From Macrostomum lignano (Eukaryota): DNA of 64,000 nucleotides. The translations under genes were made by a program, and so were the position numbers. The stretch lies in the NCBI GenBank assembly GCA_002269645.1, contig NIVC01002514.1, positions 62,001 to 126,000 on the forward strand, written 5' to 3'. Below the pieces are notes generated by a model, which searched no databases, had not been told where the DNA came from, and saw nothing but the letters and a program-made list of their open reading frames with translations. Positions 58,720-64,000 of this stretch are shown piece by piece; the first letter of the stretch is position 1; the number at the start of each line of letters is the position of its first letter.

Positions 58720-60400
58720 CAATGCTCAGATGACAACTTAGATGGCAAGCAGCAATGGAGCAAGTTGGTTGTTGCTTGCCAAATGCAGTTCACTCCCATC
58801 TAACACCAAGGCCATGTTGCAGCCTTGGTTTATCATATATTTGACAGTGGAAAGTGGAACGCCTGAAGTTGGCTGATACAAAACGCGCTCGCCTTGGTTG
58901 AACATGGAGACTACAGGAACAAGTAGTTGGCGTCCGAAAACAATCTCAGCTGGCATCTTGCCCCTACTTGTGGATGAGTTTTGGTGATAAAACAGCAATT
59001 GCTATAGATAGGGAACAAATTCAACATGGGTGGTTCGTTCATTCCAGGCCCACAGAGCTTGTTTGACTGTCTAGACTGCTCGGCACTTGCTCAGCCAATC
59101 CATTGGCCTGGGGATAATAAGTTGGGGATTCCATCTTCTTTATGCCATTTTGGTGCAGCCAGCTCCTCAGTGAATCACTGACAAACTCTGGAGCATTGTC
59201 TGAAACTAAAAGTTCAAGCATGCCAAAGCGTTTGAAAACAGTTCTGAGGCATTTAATGATCTGATCTGTGGATCAATCTTTACAGGGAAAGGCCTCGATC
59301 CAACCAGAGTGAGAGTCGACTGCTATCAGGATGTTTCCAACATTCTTTACGTGCGCCCAGTCAACGTGAAGCTTTTGAAATGGGTATTCAGTTGATGGCC
59401 AGGTGTCTCTGGTCTTCCCCAATCTGGGCTGCAGCCTGTTGCATACATCACTGGCTGACAAATTGCTCGATGTCAATGCAAATTCCAGGCCAACAGCAGG
59501 ACAAGCTCATGAAGTTGAGTTTCACCAGAGACCCAGAGTGAGTGTCATGCGCTGCATGAAAAGCTTCTTTCCACAGTCTTGGCGGAATGTAGACTTGGCG
59601 ACCCTTGAACAATAAGCCGTCCTTGATAGTTAGGCATTGCAATATGGCCTGGAATGGTTTCTCAGCCTGAGAACAGCCAGCCCAGTTTTCTAAGTGAATT
59701 TGGTATATCACTTTTTTATGAGCTTATTCAACTCTAGCTCTGCAGAAACCTGGTTCTTGGAAATAATAGATGGCTTGAAGGCAATGCAATCAATGGCTTT
59801 GCAGACTTCTGCCGAATCATTTGAATTGTTAGATGAGTCAGTGAAGCGTAGGCGAGAAAGTGCATCGGCATGTGGAATCTTCTATCCTAGTATATAGCAT
59901 ATGGTGTAGTCAAGGTGCATCATCACGAGTGCCCATCTGCTAATGCGAGCGAAGGTATTCAGCGGCACCCCGCGAGACTAGCCGAAGAGCTGTTTGAGAG
60001 GCTTATGATCCGTCTGTATTGTGAAGTAGCGGCCCAGTAAATAGTGCTTTAGCCGGCTGACTGCCCCAAAAAAATGGCAAGGGCTTCTTGCTCTATGTTT
60101 GAATAGTTTTGTTCTGCAGTAGAAAGACACCGAAAAATATAGATCATAGGATGGCTATCTTGCGTGACCATTCCTGCAAGCGCTCCGTTGGAGGCATCTG
60201 TGGTAAGAGTGAGTTCTTTTTCTAATGAGTATGGCTGGACTATGGGTTGAAAGGCAATCTCTGTCTTGAGTTGTCTAAAGGCTCAGTCACACTTAGCTGT
60301 CCACTGAAAGTTGGTGTCTGCTTTGTGTAATCAATTCAGTAGCTGAATCTTTTTAAAGAAGTTGGATACTAGCCTTCCAAAAAAGTTTATTAGACCAATG
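58720..60400 (-). mobile_element. Decayed Ty3/Gypsy pol (RT end, RNase H, integrase)
   Basis: Fragments LTTDASNG, QNYSNIEQEAL, YFTIQTDHKPL, YIPPRLWKEAFHAAHDTHSG, PFQKLHVDWA, LVSDNAPEF, YPQANGLAE in RNaseH-INT order with stops and frameshifts; no LTRs recognised. Confidence 0.9.
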
Positions 60401-61801
60401 AACTGTTAGATGTCATATATGGCTGAATTTCAAATAATGCCTCTTTACTTTAAACTTAGTCTTAATTTTTTATTAAACTACTTAGTTTTTTTATATTATT
60501 ATATCAATAATCAATGTTGCTAGGCCTATATATTTTAGATTTTTTGATATGCTTTGTAAATATACATGTGCAACCCCTTGATTTACACTGGCCATATAAC
60601 TTGCTTTTTGACTAAAAATGTGACTTACCTATGAAAGAAGCCTTATACTTGAATTTGAAGCAAAATTAATACAATTATATAAAAACAATGGGAATAACTA
60701 TAAGTATCTTATTAAGGCTAAATGGCAAATGCTTTGTCATCTAATTAGTCTGTCTTTTTTGCTGGGTATTTCTACAATTTACTCTTGGTCTACTACAATT
60801 TACAGTGGCTAGTTTGCCAAGTTGACCAGCAGTTGTATAAATATGTTTGTAAAACTATACAAGTGTAAAAACTAAGATAGAGGCATATCAATATGGCTTT
60901 AGGCTTTAGCCAAAGTCATCATATTCAAGATAATTATAATCTGTTAATCAATATTATATAATTATATTAATATTTAGTTTAGGCCTAGGCTAGGCTAGGC
61001 CCTATGCACTAATAATAATTCAATTACAATAAATTGTTTCAATAAGAATATTTTACAAAATTTTAACAGCAATTTAAAGAACAAATTGTATATTGAAAAC
61101 AAACAGCAGAAAATTCAGATTTTATGATATCACTATCAGCATCAAAATTATATTATGAATAGGTATATGCCTACTATACACTGTCTATTAGGCCTATACC
61201 TCAATCCAGGCAGATGATGAGATGATCATTAATGCCCAAGTTGAGCCAGGTCTGGCAAGTGCAAAAACAACTTATAGACTCTAAAATATTTCAGATTCTG
61301 ATTAACTATGAAGAATATGATGGGCCTTGGTTTAATAGAACATAGGTCTATAGTAGTTATAAAACTATAAAACAAGAAACAACAATGACCAGGCCGAATT
61401 ATAATATAGCTGTAGCTGTAGGCTTGGGCTATGGCCTATGAATATGACATCATAAGAGACCACGTGCTTTTTAAAAATAACAGTACATACTTCAAATGAA
61501 TTGTTAACAAGCATGAAAATATTAGTTCCAGAATATCAGAATCGGTTCGGATCTTCCAAGAAAAACAGCAGTATAACTATTTAATTCTGTTGAATGTTTG
61601 ACTGCCTTAACAAACTCACTTAGGCCCTAGCACAATTTTTCACTTTCTTCTTAGCGATTGTCATTCAATAATAAAAACTTAATAGCACATATCTCCCTCT
61701 AGTTATGGAGACAAAAAGTTATACTTTACAAATTGGTTCTGGTTCTGGAACCAGAACAAGCAATATGAAAAGGCCCATTGTTGTACTGAGGGCCGTCAGT
61801 G

Positions 61802-62625
61802 CACAGGGACGTTTCGGTGAACGGACGTTTCGGCTAAAGCCGCTGAAGTAGCCTTTTCGGTTAAAAATTCTTAATAAAAGAATAGAAAAAATCAAAAATA
61901 AAATACTCTTTTGAAAGTTTGAACTTTTTAGCAAAAAATAGACTATTATAGAGCTGTTAAGAAAACTTTATTTGTTTTAATGTGAAAAATAATTTAAATT
62001 TTCCGCTGACCCGAGAGTCGGACCGAACTTTCGGGAGAAAGTGACGTTGATCCTTTACTGCGGCGTGATTTTGGCGTGAAAGGTCCCCGTACAGCAATCC
62101 GACGTTGGCGCCGTTAGTCGACTCTGTAGAATGTACATGTTTATGACAGACATGTACATGTACTATTCATTTCTTTGTCGACTTCCACCGACTTCAACGG
62201 CCACCCCGGATTGCTGTACAGAATGACTGTGGTGTTGTGAATTTATCCATAAATATAAATTCCCGCTCCTCACCACTGCATGGGTGAGTGTCACTGCAAA
62301 CAGTTTGAATTTGACACTCTACTAGATGCACGCAATAAGCTCCTAAATGCGTGCATACAACAAGAAATGATGCAGCTATATGCATGTAGGTTCAGATGTG
62401 AGATAAAGTAGCACACGTTCGGTTAAAAATGGACGAATGTAATCTTCGTCGATTCCATCACAATCTACGCGAAATTTTCTTTGTATCCATTTTTGTTTTC
62501 TATTTTCGCGTACTCTTATTTCATAATTTATATCCGAAACCCAACCTTGAACCGAAACGTCCAGTTTCTCTCTCGATGAACTATTATCCTAAAAGTCTGT
62601 TAACGAAACGTTTGGTTTCCCCGTG
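61802..62625. mobile_element. Possible degenerate MITE with acgtttcgg-containing TIRs
   Basis: Left gcacagggacgtttcggtgaacggacgtttcgg versus inverted right gcacggggaaaccaaacgtttcgttaacagac; imperfect, no TSD confirmed. Confidence 0.35.
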
Positions 62626-62721
62626 CCAACTGTGGTAACTTGGCCTGCGTGCGCGCCGGGCGGGTGCTGGGTTAAGTTGTTTTGATGTCTCAATTACTCC
62701 CGCTGTAAATGATATATTCTT

Positions 62722-62772
62722 CTGCACTATTTTTGAGTGTGGTAATGACATTAACACTCAAAAATAGTGCAG
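62722..62772. other. Perfect 19-bp inverted repeat (hairpin), followed by a second related hairpin at ~62800-62835
   Basis: ctgcactatttttgagtgt / acactcaaaaatagtgcag with a 13-nt loop that is itself partly palindromic. Confidence 0.8.
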
Positions 62773-64000
62773 TAGAAACATTGCTATGCACTTTTGGTGA
62801 CAATAACACGCGCGTAGGATGCGTGTTAATGTCATTTTGGACATTAACACGCAACGGCAATTGAAACATTGAACAAAGGGTAAATTTTTTTTATGTTAGA
62901 AAACCATCAAAAACTGTTCAACAAAGAAATCGTATGTTAATCAGTTAATACAAGGCCTACACAGAAACGTCACTCAAAAAGAATATTGATCAGATTGCGC
63001 CTGCCGCCAATGGTCACTTTCATCTTCTTTGATGGAGCAGCCCTGCACACGTAGTGCGCCGTCGGTCTGGACAGGCTCTTGATAAACATCCGCACATTCC
63101 TCCATCGTAGCCTCGCTTATTGTGATTGTATTTTGGACGAGGTAGCTTAACGATCAATTATTATTGACATTAGTTTCGGAAACTGTATGATTCAGCGCCT
63201 GATCCACAGCCAGAGATGCCCTATACAAACTTCGATCACGTCGCCTCGATAAGTAGCGCTTAACAGTTCACTCACACTTTCGCCCAGTTATGAGCAAGAT
63301 CTCCTGGATAGTCTGGCCACAGGCATCCAGGTGGCACGCTCTAGTTACTCTGCAGTTTAAGAAAAGTAGGCAACTGATTTGTCTAGATGCAAATGTGTTC
63401 ACAGAGAAACATTATGAATATGGTGGGCATAAGTGCAGGTCAAACTACCTACCGTATGCAGCGGTCGGTGTACACCTTAGTAAGGCCTGCTTTCTCACTG
63501 ACGTTCTTCATAAACTCAAGAAGATAGCGAAAGCCTCTAGCAGCTTTTCTCGGAAAATCTATAGCGGTTCGCTGCATCTCGACTGTCTATTTAATGACCT
63601 TGGGCATGATCGGATGTTACTCATGAAATCTCACCATTCGGCATAGCTCCGTAGTGAAATAGAGGAGGCAGAACTTCTGCCACTGTAGTTGGCTCTGCGT
63701 CAGCCATGGCGATTTCGTTTGCGTAAATGAATTATGCAAGCAATCAAATCTGTTGTTTTTCTACTCAGCTCCCTTAAACCTTCCGTCTCCCTCTTTATGG
63801 GGTCAAAAAACTACAGTATGCATATTAATGTCGATGTGGGCCATAGACTAAAATTTATTTAAATTTCATTTTAGAAAGTGGGGGCTTCGCCCCCACACCC
63901 CCATTCTCACTCTCCCCCTCCTCGACTCCTTCCGGCGCCAACTAATGCCATAGACGAAAGCGCATAGCAATGTACTTTGCGTGGGGTACGGTATTTAGGG

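Noticed and set aside
63290-63646. 118-aa ORF near the window end
   Set aside because: No recognisable motif, splice context or start support

Overview
Eukaryotic, intron-containing, very repeat-rich genomic DNA from an invertebrate animal. The minisatellite-packed introns and TTAGGG motifs are reminiscent of the flatworm Macrostomum; this is an inference, not a database result. Hand-assembled gene models, with splice sites and phases checked: eIF1A (+, 5'-partial); an unknown secreted protein (-); a secreted PAN/Apple plus LamG-like protein (+); a secreted ~917-aa protein of seven WSC domains built from a near-identical 716-bp two-exon module with a GC-AG intron (-); two tandem paralogous single-pass membrane proteins (-), one with a coding 48-bp repeat giving 25 PVY(T/I)RP tyrosine motifs; a TUT4/TUT7-type terminal uridylyltransferase (-, 6 coding exons); and N6AMT1/HEMK2 (-). 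Mobile DNA: a non-autonomous Mutator/Foldback-like element with 9-bp TSD whose interior appears chimeric with a Tc1/IS630-like transposase fragment, a head-to-tail array of four non-autonomous Helitron-like units, hAT and MULE-type MITEs with exact TSDs, a DD34D mariner with one nonsense codon, a Gypsy pol relic and a probable Penelope-like relic. About 20 distinct mini/microsatellites are present, and most long ORFs in the supplied track are artefacts of them. No rRNA, tRNA or CRISPR array was recognised.
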